Of a stretch of DNA of 56,708 nucleotides, positions 24,325-37,700 are shown one piece after another (the first letter of the stretch is position 1; each line of letters starts with the position of its first letter). A model generated the notes under the pieces. It was not told the DNA's origin. It worked only from the letters and a program-made list of their open reading frames with translations, and made no database searches. The stretch comes from Prorocentrum cordatum (Eukaryota). The stretch covers positions 62,001 to 118,708 of the forward strand of contig CAUYUJ010000073.1 of the NCBI GenBank assembly GCA_963575745.1, written 5' to 3'. Made by a program: the position numbers and the translations under genes.

Positions 24325-27270
24325 AACGCTGGCACGAGCGGGGGAGATTGCGGTCGAAGCGCACATCATCAGACCCACCGCCAATTTTGAACATTGGGGG
24401 GAAGGGGGACGCGTTGACAGATGAATGTGGAATGAGTGTTCGCTTATTTGTTCCGAGGCCTGTGGGCATGTTGCCCGGCACGTGGCTACCCTCGAACTGA
24501 TTGGGGCGAACAAATACAGGAAGAGGTACACGGGAAAATGTTCGAGGGGAGGGCAGGAGAGGAGTCGTCTCAATCACTGCGAAAATCAAACCGTCAACCG
24601 TGGATTTGCCCTGGACTGAGTCAGACAGGGGCAAGTCGAACTTGAAACTTTGAACCACGGCGGCGGCCGACTGACAGCGACGACGCCGTCCAAGCATGAA
24701 ACGGCCAAAGCGGCCGCGCGTTGTCATGTTTAGCGCCCCCGGGACCACCAGGAGGCGCTTCGCGCATCCCATTTTTCCACGTATTATTCGTATCACTCGT
24801 CCCAGCACTCCTTTTTTGTCACATATTATTCGCATCACTCGTAAGATGAATACAAGAAAATCGTTTTCTTTCTACGAGTGATACGAGTAATATGTGAAAA
24901 CGAGGAGTAATGGGACGAGTGATACGAGTAATACGAAACGATATAATGATTGTCTTTCTACGGGTGATACGAGTAATATGTGAAAAAAATCAAGTCATGG
25001 GACAAGTGTCACGAGTAATACGTGACAAATAAGGCGCGGGACGACTCGGGCGCCAGAACACGAAAAAGTATGATATAGACATACATGTGTACACATAAAT
25101 ATACATGTGTTGGTATGTGTATATACACATATCATAAGCGGTCGCAAATTATTCATATCACTCGTCAGAAAAAGAAATAAGTACAATAATAATGTTTTCT
25201 CTCTACGAGTGATACGAGTAATATGTGAAAAAATAAGAAGCAATGGGACGAGTGGCACGAATAATACGTGACAAATAAGGCGCGGGACGACGCGGGCGCC
25301 AGAACACTACAAAGGATGAAGTAGACATACATATGTACACATGAATGTACATGCGTATGTGTATATATACACATATACAAATATGCCACCAGCTGTCGCG
25401 TATTATTCGTATCACTCGTCCCAAAAAAATACGATAGTAATGTTTTCCTTCTACGAGTGATACGAGTGATATGCCAAAAATACGTAGTAATGAGACGAGT
25501 GGCACGAGTAATACGTGACAAATAAGGCGCGGGGCGACTCGGGCGCCAGAACACTCAAAAAGGGGGATACGTACACACGTATGCACACATCAATATACAT
25601 GCGCATGTATGTATGATGATATGTGTGTATCTATATATATATATATATATGTGTATCAGAATGCTCTCGCAAAGATCCCCACCCGCAGAATCGCTCGGCC
25701 AACTCGCAAATGACGGGGTAAATTATAAGATGAGACGGTAGAGGGAAACAAGTACTGAACACTCCCCGCCTCCCCCCCCAAAAAAAAAACTCAACGCTGG
25801 CACGCGCGGGGGAGACTGCGGTCGAAGCGCACATCATCAGACCCACCGCCAACTTCGAACAATGGGGGGAGGGGGAGGCGTTGACAGATGAATGTGGCAT
25901 GAGTGTTCGCTAATTTGTTCCGAGGCCTGTCGGTATGCTGCCCGGCACGCGGCTACCCACGAACTGATTGGGGGGAAAAAATACAGGAAGAGGTACACGG
26001 GAAAATGTTCGAGGGGAGGGCCGGGGAGGAGTCGTCTCAATCACTGCGAAAATCCAACCGTCAACCGTGGATTTGCCCATAATATGTCACATATTATTCG
26101 TATCACTCGTAAGAAAAAGAAATGAGTACAATAATAGCGTTCTCTCTCTCTCTCTCTCTCTCTCTCTACGAGTGATACGAGTAATATCTGAAAAATAAGA
26201 AGTAATGAGACGAGTGGCACGAATAATACGTGACAAATAAGGCGCGGGACGACGCGGGCGCCAGAACACTACAAAGGATGAAGTAGACATACATATGTAC
26301 ACATGAATATACATGCGTATGTATATATATATATATACATATATGCCAAAAGCTGTCGCATATTATTCGTATCCCTCGTCAGAGAGAAAAATGTGTTCCC
26401 TCTACGAGTGATACGAGTGATATGTCAAAAATACGTTGTAATGAGACGAGTGGCACGAGTAATACGTGACAAATAAGGCGCGTGGCGACTCGGGCGCCAG
26501 AACACTCAAAAAGGGGGATACGTACACACGTATGCACACATCAATATACATGCGCATGTATGTATGATGATATGTGTATATATACATATAGATGTATCAG
26601 AATGCTCTCGCAAAGATCCCCACCCGCAGAATCGCTCGGCCAACTCGCAAATGACGGGGTAAATTATAAGATGAGACGGTAGAGGGAAACAAGTACTGAA
26701 CACTCCCCGCCTCCCCCCCCAAAAAAAAAACTCAACGCTGGCACGCGCGGGGGAGACTGCGGTCGAAGCGCACATCATCAGACCCACCGCCAACTTCGAA
26801 CAATGGGGGGAGGGGGAGGCGTTGACAGATGAATGTGGCATGAGTGTTCGCTAATTCGTTCCGAGGCCTGTCGGTATGTTGCCCGGCTCGCGGCTACCCT
26901 CGAATTGATTGGGGGAAAAAATACAGGAAGAGGTACACGGGAAAATGTTCGAGGGGAGGGCCGGGGAGGAGTCGTCTCAATCATTGCGAAAATCAAACCG
27001 TCAACCGTGGATTTGCCCATAATTTGTCACATATTATTCGTATCACTCGGCCAACCCGCAAATCATTTGGTAAATTAAAAGATGAGACGGTAGAGTGAAA
27101 CAATTACTGAACAATCCCCGTCCCCCAAACTCAACGCTGGCACGCGCGGGGGAGACTGCGGTCGAAGTGCAAATCATCAGACACACCGCCAACTTTGAAC
27201 ATTGGGGGGAGGGGGAGGCGTTGACAAATGAATGTGGCATGAGTGTTCGCTAATTTGTTCCAAGGCCTGT
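24325..27270. repeat. Composite satellite: ~285-bp module (24325, 25794, 26734, partial 27133) interleaved with TACGAGTGATACGAGTAATA modules in both orientations
   Basis: Near-identical AACGCTGGCACG...GTGGATTTGCCC blocks. Recurrent GTGACAAATAAGGCGCG-G-CGAC-CGGGCGCCAGAACAC. Higher-order period ~940-960 bp. Confidence 0.85.
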
Positions 27271-27629
27271 ACCCCAAACCCCCGGTACCCGCCCTCGTCG
27301 TCTTCGATCGTACCCCTTTGGGAGTATATCTTCCTTACCTGCCACGTGTATTTCGTGCAGCCCCTGAAACAAGGGAAAGGAGGACGGGTGGAAAGGGTAG
27401 GGAGAAGAATGGAGCACGAGAGAAATTAGCAGGAGGGGGGCAAGGAGCAGAAAACAAGTGGTAGAACCAGACGGGCAGATCGGGTGGGCAGACCCATAGC
27501 GGGCAGGTCGGGAAGGCGGGCCCAGGCGACGAGGTCGAGCAGGCGGGTTGCTGAAGCGTGGGTCCTGCATGAATCGCGAGCACGTATCGAGCGATAGCGC
27601 GAGTTCCAAGTAAATCGTGAGAAGAGCCA

Positions 27630-28030
27630 GCGTGGGCCACGAAGGGAGTAACATCCGAGGCCATAGAGGGCAGCGACGCGGCCGCTGAGGGCAGTACCGG
27701 GGCCACGAAGGGCAGCGAGGGGGCCACAAAGGGCGACAGCGGGGCCACGAAGGGCATGCATATGGGGCCACGACGGGCGCGAGCGAGCGGGGGCCACGAA
27801 GGGCATTCGTATACGTGGCCACAAAGGGCGACAGCGGGGCCACTGAGGGCGGCAAACGGGCCACGAAGGGCAGCGAGGGGGACACGAAGGGCGACACCGG
27901 GGCTACGAAGGGCATACGTATGGACGACGGGCGCGTGCGAGCGGGGGCCACGAAGGGCATAGAATGCGGGGCCACAAATGGCAGCGACGGGGCCATTGAG
28001 GGCAGCATCGGGGCCACGAAGGGCAGCGAG
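27630..28030 (+). repeat. ~21-24 bp minisatellite, core GGGGCCACGAAGGGC
   Basis: More than 15 diverged tandem units with short variable linkers. Confidence 0.85.
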
Positions 28031-28605
28031 CGAAGGCGACCGCGGAACCAGCACGGGCAACGAGGGGCATCGAAGGCGGGCGAGGGGCAGCGAGCGGCGA
28101 CTGCAGTCATTAACGGGCTGATCGGGCGGGCAGGCCCCGACGGGCGGGTCAAACGGGTGGTTCGTTGAAGCGTGAGTATTGCTTGAACCGCCAGGTAATA
28201 TAGCGGGAGCGCGATTCCTGAGCGGCGAGGACCAGCATCTGAACAAATTATGAAGAAATATTAAGCGAAGCGGTCCGGTGATAAGTTGTGAGGAAGTCCC
28301 AAGCGAGAACGCGATTCTGCAAGAAACTGTCCGGAATTATCCGGCGGGAGCCGCGATCCGGTGGCAAATTGCCAGGAAGTCCCAAGCGAGAGCGCGATTC
28401 TTCAATAAATTGTGCGGAAGTATTCGGCGGGAGCCGTTCTTGTTGTAAACCGGGGGCCAACGACAAATTTTGACCTTCAAGATTTTCCCCGGTAACAAAA
28501 AAACAGGGTACGAGCCCGGGGAGGGGCACTTCAATCTAAAAAATACACTGTTAACTTGGCGGGGGGGATCTGCAATAATAGTTTCTTTCATAAATGGGAG
28601 TTCAT

Positions 28606-28631
28606 CAACAACAACAAAAAAAAAGAAGAGC

Positions 28632-28669
<38 letters not shown>

Positions 28670-28682
28670 GAAGAAGAAGAGC

Positions 28683-28732
<50 letters not shown>

Positions 28733-28745
28733 GAAGAAGAAAGAA
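28606..28745. repeat. (AAC)n/(AAG)n microsatellite
   Basis: Directly visible. Confidence 0.95.
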
Positions 28746-30814
28746 ACCCCTTGCGGACGGCCTTCCCCCCCCGCCCTGGGGCACCTCTCCGACGGCCCCC
28801 TGGGCATCCCCGACCAGCCGCCAGCACTCCTGGACGCCGCGGAGGCCCCAGAGGCCTCGCAGCGAACCCCAGGATGCACAAGAGAGCCCGAGGAAGGCCC
28901 CCCCGAATGTCCCCAAGATGGCCAAAACACGACCCAGCAGGCTCCCAAGAGAGCCCCAGAAGACCCCAAAAGAGCCGCCGAGGGCAAGAGCCCTTGATCC
29001 GCCTTAGGTTTGCAAAGATTTTAGGGTTCTCCCCATTTCGAGCTTCCTGCGGCCCGCGACGAACCCAGAGGCTTCCTAGATCGCCCCCAGGCAGCTGGAG
29101 AATCCTCCAAGACTGCCCCAAGACCGCCCAAGAGCGCCCCAAGACGTTTCAAAGTGCCGCAAGATGGCGCCCAGGGAGCCCCACGAAAGCCCAGGGGGGC
29201 TCCCCAGGCGGCCCCCAGGGACCGCAAGACAGCCCAAGATGGCCCTAGGACGATGAACGCGGCCTCCAAGACGCTCCGACAGTCCGCCAGTACTACCCAA
29301 AATGTGCCCTCAGAGGGGCTCCCAGAAGCCTTAAGAACCTTCCAAAAGACCGTCAACTATCTCCCGAGTCGTTTCCAACATGGCAGTACGTCCTCCTGCT
29401 GCTCGTCCTCCTCCCCCTCATCTTCCGACCTCACTGCGCTGCATGATCATGCTCGAGACGGCTTCCAGGACGCCCCAAAGGGCCCCAAGGCGGCGCCCAG
29501 GGAGCCCAACGAAAGCCCTGGGAGCCCTCTCCTGCCCAATCCTTTTCCTCCCCCTCCTCCTCCTGATCCTCCTTCCTCGTCCTCCTCCCTTCCTCGTCGT
29601 TCTCCTCCTCCTCCTCCTCCTCCGCCTCCTCCTCCTCCTCCTCATTATTGCCCTCCCTGCCTCTTCTGCCCTCCTCCACCCTCTCCTCCTCGCCCTCCTT
29701 GTCCGACCTCACTACATTGCACTCTCATTTTTGAGAGGCGATCGGAAGTTCGGAGACGAAGGAAGGAAACGAGGGAGGGTCAGACGGGCCAAACGCCAGA
29801 GGGCAGAGAGAGTACAGTGGGACGACCATACACTTCCCCTCAGCAGGCACCCCGCTTTTCCTCCATCGTCATCGTCATCGTCCACATGCATTATGGTTCC
29901 TGCAAATGTTCTGTGTCCGACTGCTCCTCCGAATTGTCGGTGTCCGAGGGCCGCTTCCCGATCCCAAGGGCGTCTACACAACGATTCGGGATGACAATCC
30001 AGTCCCGGGAAGTCGAAAGAGGGATGAACAAACAGACTTGGGAAAGAAGTCTAAGGTCTGAAGGCCAGCGACTCGACAAACGCAGATCATCGGGGGCGTA
30101 TGCTATTTCGCACATAATGAATTGGCATCACTTTGTTTGCCTGCCCTATCCTTGTTTCAGCAACCTGCGGATAGCTTAGCAGACATGACTTTAACCCCCC
30201 GCGTGGTCACCACGTCCACCCCTCTCATAATGCAACTGAACCTGCAACTCCTCAACATCATGACTAATATCCCACTCACGGTTACCACCCTCCCCCCTGA
30301 TGATCATCACCATGACCAACTTTTTCCCCATATTGCCGACAGCGCTTTCCCAGTCATGATTTGAGCCTCATGCCACGACCATGCCACTTGCATCAAGATC
30401 ATGGCTGGAACCCCTCCCAGATTATGACATTTACACCCCTCGCGGTCATGTCATCAGTTTTTGTTCCCAGTCATCGGTTGCGAGGCCATTGCCCAGGTCC
30501 CGCGTTGCTATGACCTTCACCCCGCTGGCGGTAATGGCGTAAACACCCTCGACGTCATGACCGTCACCCGTGCTGGGGTCAGGGCTCACCCCAGCATCGA
30601 GGCCCTCACCTTGTTCGCGTCACAACCGTGCCCCTCCCCCATGGCGTGAGCATGCCGATGGCCTCCATCCAGCCCATGAGCCCCTCCCCCCTCCTGGTCA
30701 TTACTTTTCCTCTTTGGTGAGTCCTTCGGCAGTCCCCCAGCAGTGCCTGGATGCAGGACCAAGATCGAAGGCGAAGCGATGCAAGCCCTCAAGTCTTGCG
30801 TATGTGCATGAACG

Positions 30815-30917
30815 CGTATATATATATATATAGATATGTCAACACATACATACAAGCAAACATACATTCATACATACATACATACATACATACATACACA
30901 CACATACATACATACAT

Positions 30918-30952
<35 letters not shown>

Positions 30953-31011
30953 CACACGTACATACGTACATACATACAGACAGACAGGCACACAGACAGA
31001 CAGACAGACAG

Positions 31012-31060
<49 letters not shown>

Positions 31061-31156
31061 CATGCATGCATGCATACATACGTACCTACGTACGTACATA
31101 CGGACATACATACGTACGTACGTACATGCATACATACATGCATACTACATACATAC
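30815..31156. repeat. Compound (TA)n/(TACA)n/(CAGA)n/(CA)n/(TACG)n microsatellite
   Basis: Directly visible. Confidence 0.95.
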
Positions 31157-31787
31157 CAATCCGCCACCGAGCCTGGGTTGTGGGCCATTGGCCTGGAGGT
31201 TGTTCGTTGGGATGTTTGCATCTTTCGGCCCTCTTGGGAGGCCTCTTGGAGGCCTCTCGGTGGGGCCTCTTGGGAACCTCTTGGGGGCCTCACGGGGCCT
31301 CCTGAGGGCTTCTTGGGGCCGCGGGCTGTGTGGGAGCCGTTTTGGGGGCCTTTTTGGGCATTCTTGGATGCCTTCTTGAGAGGCCTCTTGGGGCGTCTTG
31401 GAGGCATCTTGGGCAGTCTGGGGGTCATCTTGGGCCGTCTAGAGGCGCCCCTTGACCGGCTTGTGCGCTGGGGAGCTACGCGAAAATCTGCGGGTCGTTC
31501 GGGGCGTTGCACCCGTCCCAGAGGTCATGCGGAACACTTCGGGATCGCCAAGAGCGCCCAGGAAATTGGTGGTCCGGGCCCTGACACAATTACAACGCTG
31601 GTTGCAGCAGCACAGTTGTGAGCACAATCTTGGCTGCAGCAGCAGCAGCACAACTGTCAGCCCTGGGGTGCACCATTTCGTGCCAGAAGCACGGTGGTGA
31701 ATAGACATATGTATATATTTATATAGATACAAATACATATATAATAGACATACATGTAAACAGAGAGAGAATATTTTTATATATATA

Positions 31788-34700
31788 CAAGACTGCATCG
31801 GCGCTGCGCGCCATGCACCTTGGTCCTTTCGAATTCGCACGCTAGTGGAGTGCAAGCGTGCGTACATGCGCACACACATGCGTATATGAATGCATAGTCC
31901 ATATGTACATATATACATACGTTTGTATGGATATGTACATGTAGACGCAAATTGTCAGTGTAACTCTGTGTGCGCATACACACGCGTATATCAGGCGGTA
32001 GTGGCCTGACCAGTTACTCATATCATCGCGCCACTAAAAGGCGCGAGGGTCTCAGGCAAACGTGTTCAGACTACCATGGGACAATGCGTCGCCGAGGTCA
32101 GTGTTGCGAGGACGTCCCGGGTGAAAATGGCCCGAACACCTCCGCTCAGGGGAGGGCATATCCGAAGTCAGCCGTGCGAGGAAGTTTCAAGCGAGGAGTG
32201 GTCTGAGCACCTCTGCTCAGGGCATCCTTGAACTAAGAGTTGCGAGAAGTCGCACGCGAAAGTGGCCGAACCACCATGGTGCAAGGCACCTCCGAAGTGA
32301 CACTTGCGAGAGTGTCTCAGGCGACAGTGGCTGGAACACCTCAACTGAGAGCGTCTCGGGCCCCAGAGCTGCGATGATGTCTCAAGCGAAAACGGCGGGA
32401 CCGATGCGAAGCAAGGCGCTTCTGAGGTCGGAGTTGCGAGCGTATCTTTGGCGAAGCGGATTAGATTATTTTCCGTTATCTCCTCTTCCTCCTTCCCCTT
32501 TTCTTTTCGTCCTCCTCCTGCTCTCCCTCCTCCTCCTCTTTCTGTTCCTCCTCCTCTTCCTCTCCCCCCTCTCCGCTTCTTTGTTTGTCCATTCTCCCCA
32601 CCCCTGGCGGCGCGGCGCGGCGCCGCTCGGCCTCTCTGCGAGTCAAGCAGCAAAAAGTGAGAGAACCCCCCCGAATTAGGAATGGTTTTTCCCAAGCCGC
32701 CAAGGGGGTCCGAAGGTGCTGCAAGAGGCGGTGCAGGTTTTGAAATCCCCCAGGGGCTCCTCGGATTCGGCTGGCCCTCGCCGGTTCTTGTCAGAACTAT
32801 GATGCATTGTCCATAATGCGAGGTCTCGGTTCCCAACAGCATTTCCGAAACTCGCCCACGTTGGCGCTCGCATCAGCGCGGTACCTACGGACTGAGGAAA
32901 GGGAGCGACTGGATTAGAAGTGAAGGGCCAGGCGGCTGAGAAAATAAGGGTTTGAGAAGGAGCGGGAAGGGTAGCTCTCGAAGGCCTCAGCGGAAATGCA
33001 GCGTCAACGCGCAGACGCTGGCCTCTCGAGCACGCGCTTCGGCCTGCCAGAGGGATCGGGTAGCAAGAGTTCCTTCCACACAAAATTCCGAATGAGAGCG
33101 TCGCCTCCATCGGACAGACGGTCCGACGCGCTCGGCACGCGGAGATCTCGACGCTGCATGACGCGGCCCAAAGCAACGTACAGGTGGCCGCGGGCAAAGG
33201 GGTCCGCTCGGGCGTCGACGGCGCACCTTTCCAAGGCGGCGCCTTGAGCACCGTTGAACGTGGACCCGTAAGCAGGCCGCAAAGGCATTTGCTTGCGCAT
33301 GACGCTGCAAGCTCCGCGGCCAAGACGCCACTGAAAAGTGGCACGCGGGATCGCGAAGGACTGCATGTCGAACGTTTGGACGACCGCGTGAAACCGGCGC
33401 ACCGCGGTCAAGATGACGGGCGTGCGGTTCATGAGGCGATCCCCACAGAATGGCGAAATCCCACCGCCTTTTCCGAATGTTTTCCCCGGCCGGAGAGAGA
33501 TGTGTTCTTTTGTGGCTCAGGGAAAGGGGGTAGCGCGGCAGAGGCCGCTGAAAAGGGGGGTTTAAGCGTACACGGTCCTCATTGTTAAGATTCCGAATCA
33601 ACTCGCACAGTGCGCCCGCGACCAAGCGAAGGCGATGAGGAGGAAACCCGAGGTACGTCTGGGCGTTCAGGAATTCGGTGGTCATGGTGTCGTCCAGGAC
33701 GGAATTTGCGTCGACTTCGATGGTGTCGGCGCTGTAGTGGATAACTTCCGTAAGGCCATGCTCCATGACCAGCCTATTGAGAACGAGGTTGTTGAAGTGG
33801 TCAACTTTCCCGTTCGTCGTCGCCACAATTTTTGCTCGAACGCATCGGCGAGGATCGCTCAGAACAGGGACTGTAAAATCAATGGCGTCGAGTTCGGATT
33901 GAACTTGCGCAATGCGCTCCAAAGGTACATGGCCCTGGACCCCGTTCCACGCGTGAGGCGCGGGGCACGTGCCGTTGCCGATGGATTCCAACCATTTCGT
34001 GAAGTCTGCGTCCTGCGCAGTCCGGCGGGCTTTGAACAGATGCCGCACGCGGAAGCGGCTCCAAGAGGCAGACATCCCCACGCAGCTTTGCACGATCTCC
34101 GCGCGAGTGCCGTACTTGACGACGGGCGGGATTTGTCGGAAGTCACCGTAGCACACGAACACCTTCGGCTTGTAATCGCCAGGCAGCGCCGACCGCAAGC
34201 GGGTTATCAACGCCACGACGCTATCCCAGGCGTTTTGTTTAGCCATCGGCCACTCATCCCATTGAATCAATCTGGCGGCTGCCAAGGTCCTTGCCTTGGC
34301 AGTTCTGGGGGTCACCGTGGATGTGAGGACGTCCTCGTCGACGGTAGGAATACCAAATGTAGAGTGAGCAGTCGCCCCGCGAACCAATTGCAGGGCCGCT
34401 TGGCCCGCGGTTGCCACGTTGCTGGCGGGGTGCCCAGCAGCTTCTGCCCAGTGCATGAGGAAATTGGCTAGCGTGGATTTGCCCGTGCCGGCGCGCCCGT
34501 GGACGGAGTAGAAGACGTCGGAAGTGGAACAGAACTGCGACTGGATCTCGTTCGCAAGGCGTCGAGCGTCTGAGGAACCGCGAACGCGCATGGTGAGGCG
34601 GCGGACTTCAGCGTCTGAAAGCTGAGGGGCCGGGTTGGTAGGAACGTCGTCTGGCAGAATTTCTGGCAAAGGGAACACGCTGCGGTCGCGGCCTGCTCGT

Positions 34701-37700
34701 CGCCATACACACAGCAACGACGCGGCCAGAGCAATGCGAGCAGAAGTCGCCGACACCCCTCGATCGAGGTAATCTTTTTGCAAATCTTTGTTGAAGCGAG
34801 CGACGAGAGTCCAAGGCGCGGAATCTCGATCCAACAGCAGGACAAAAACGAACGGCAATTGGGCCCCGGCGCAACGCAACTGGATGAGCTCCGGGATGGT
34901 GTCGCGGGCTGCCATGTCATGGGAGAAACGGCCAGTAGCCAACATAGCCTGCTCAAACGTAGGGCACTTGCGGCCCAAATGCGCGCGGCAGTCGTCAAAT
35001 GAACGTTTGGGGCAATGCAGAAGCATATGCCCGAGATAGAACGCTTCTTTCTGCCGGGGGAACTTCATCTCCAGACGGCACAACGGGGGTTCTCCACGTA
35101 ACCGGTTGTAGACAAAATGCTGCTGCCTGTCGGGCGCCGTGTCGCGCCAGATGCAGGTCGGGTTCTCCGTGTCGAGCTGGCCCCGCAACGTCGCCGGGCA
35201 ATTCTGGGAGTGCTGGAAGCGCTCGAAGTACTCCGCGTATAAGAGATCGTTGAAGAGGGGGTCGTCCAGGCGGTAGAAGTACCGCATCAAGGCGGAAACG
35301 GTGCTCTGCAAGGCGCTCTCTTCTTGGCCTTCAGTGAAGGAGATCCAATCTTGTCCGGGCATGTGCACGGGCAAGCACTGAACGGCAGGTGCACGCGTAT
35401 ACGTGACGTACCCGAAAATGAGCCAGAAGCACTCCGCGGCGCAGAGATACCGGCCGCGCAGCCAATCGGCGATCTCATCGTCAGAACGCTCGGCGGGGGG
35501 GCATGTCGTAGAGGGTGTAGTCTGGACCTTTGAACATATATTTGTATAAATACTCGAATAAGTTCACGTGTCCAGCGAATTTGACGTTGGCGCGGCCGCC
35601 CCACTTAATCAGGATCGCGGCGTTGTACTCGACGATGAGCTGGTTACAGCAGAGAGCGCGGCTTCCGCACGCAGCGCGCTTGGAGCCGCAATTAGGGCAA
35701 TGCCCGTTGCAGCTGCGGCGCCCGTGCAAAGGGCACCCGCGGCCGTCAAATTCAGTCTCTTCTCGGAGCGGCCATGGGCAGCCCTTGCTGCAAGGATCAG
35801 CAGGGTCTGCGGGGTGGCACCCGCGGTTGCATTTGCGAACCACGTGGCTGAGCACGAGGTCGCGAAGCACGCCAGGCTGCTCAGGAAGCTCGCAAGATGC
35901 ATTCGTCAACCTCTGCCGCGGTGGTCGGCGGGTCGTTGCAGCCGATGACGACGTGGGCATGAGGTAGTCCGCGCTCCTGGTATTCGACGACGCGCACGAT
36001 GCATTTGGACGCGCCGCAGAACTCTTTCTGGAGGAAAGACATCGTGATCAGGAGCTTGGCGTGGAAGACCCTCGTGACGACGTCGGGTCGGTCAGCGTGC
36101 GTTTGGCCTTCTCGGAGTTCCTGTTGTAGCTCAGGCCATTGGGTGGGCGCGGTGAGCGCGATAAACCAAGTGGGCGGTCCCAGTCGGCGGGCTGTTTCCA
36201 GGGCGTCGACCCGCAAACGTCGAAGGTGGCGAGGAGATCCCCGAACGGCGGAGGGCATGTAGTTAGTGCTTGTGAGCCGCTCGGTCAGCGGAGTGCGGCT
36301 GCCCAGGATCATTGCGCAGCACTTCGCAAAGGTGTTGACGTCGCGCGAGAGACGCGCGTTGCAGTGCCTTGACGCGTTGCAAACGCTCGCCCCCCATGCG
36401 GCAGTACACGTTGATGGCTCATTCGTTGAAGAGGCGCCCGCTCATGCGCATGCGGGAGAAACGTAAAGCCCGCTGCCGGCACCGCCACAATTGAGCGATC
36501 TTGCCGCGGGCGGGGGCGTTCAAGTCTGGCGCCCAGCCCCGACCGCCGCGCGGGAACCAGAGAGGGCACGATAGTGGTTCGTACATTTCGCTCACAGGCG
36601 GTAGGAAATCGCAGTGACCAGCTTTGGTTGTCCAGAAGTACACCGGTCGCGGGCATGCCGTTGCTCCCGAGCTGGCGTCCAAAATGGCAGCCACTTCCTG
36701 GACACCCTCGCCCCAACCGAGCCGTAAAGGGACATCCTGAATACCGCGACGTGGAGTGGCCAGTTTGGTGATCGCTTTCATGCACGGGTTATTGGGAAGG
36801 GTCATGCGCTCCAACTTTTTGACAATGCGGGGTTCGAGCTGAAGCCGCGCTGCCGTTTGGGAGCGGAGCTGAGGGTCGACGACGATGCACCGCACGGCGC
36901 TCTCAGCGTCGAGTTTCCACATGTTCTGGTACATGGTACCATGGATCTGCATGAAGAAAGGCTTGCGCGGGGAAAAATGCGTTTCCCGTTCCGACGAGCT
37001 GGACTGCATGTCGTGGACAGTCAGTGCGAAGAGGTTGTTGTAAGCACGCGAGGAGCCACTGAACGCGGGTGTCCGAAGTATATCCTGCATTGCGTGGTCC
37101 GGCCGTCGAAAGTACGCGTCGAAGTGAATGGCGTGTTTCCCCACTTGACAGCAAAACCCAACGCTTTCTGCAGCGCACGTAGCCGTTCCACAAGAGTCAC
37201 AAACTCGGGAGCGAAGCCCCAAAAGCATAGCTTGGACGTCGGGCGGCGCACGGCATGCGGCGCATTGGCGGGCGCTGCAGTGGAGAGCGTCGGGCATGCA
37301 ATCAGATTTCGGCTTCGCCTCTCCGCGCCCGAAACAGACGAAGGTCTCCATGCCGGGAATCGGGCGATATGCGGTACACAGTCGGGTTGCGCGGCACACC
37401 TCGCGTTTCACATAATGAGATCGTGGCCTGTGCCCCCCGCAACCCGAGCATGAGAAAGTCTGCGCTTCTGGCGGGGCGCGGCACGTGGTACATGCTCGGC
37501 TTGCGCGGCGCACGGCGTCTGCGAGGCAATCAGATCGCGGCCTGTGTTCTCCACGCCTGGAGCACAGTAGGAATGGTATTGGTGGGTTGGCAGATGCGGT
37601 AGCCTGAAGAACGCACTGAGTGCAAGCTCGTACGCTAGGCGGTCGGTCCAGCTGGGAGTTGGAGAAAGCGTCTCGAGGTAGACACTCAACGCAGGAAGCG

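Noticed and set aside
27630..28030. CRISPR-like array (also considered at 5569-5870 and 46550-47140)
   Set aside because: Repeats are degenerate, linkers are too short or homologous to each other, no cas genes, eukaryotic context. These are minisatellites.
29900..30700. Unique-looking sequence, possible TE or gene fragment
   Set aside because: No recognisable motif in any frame.
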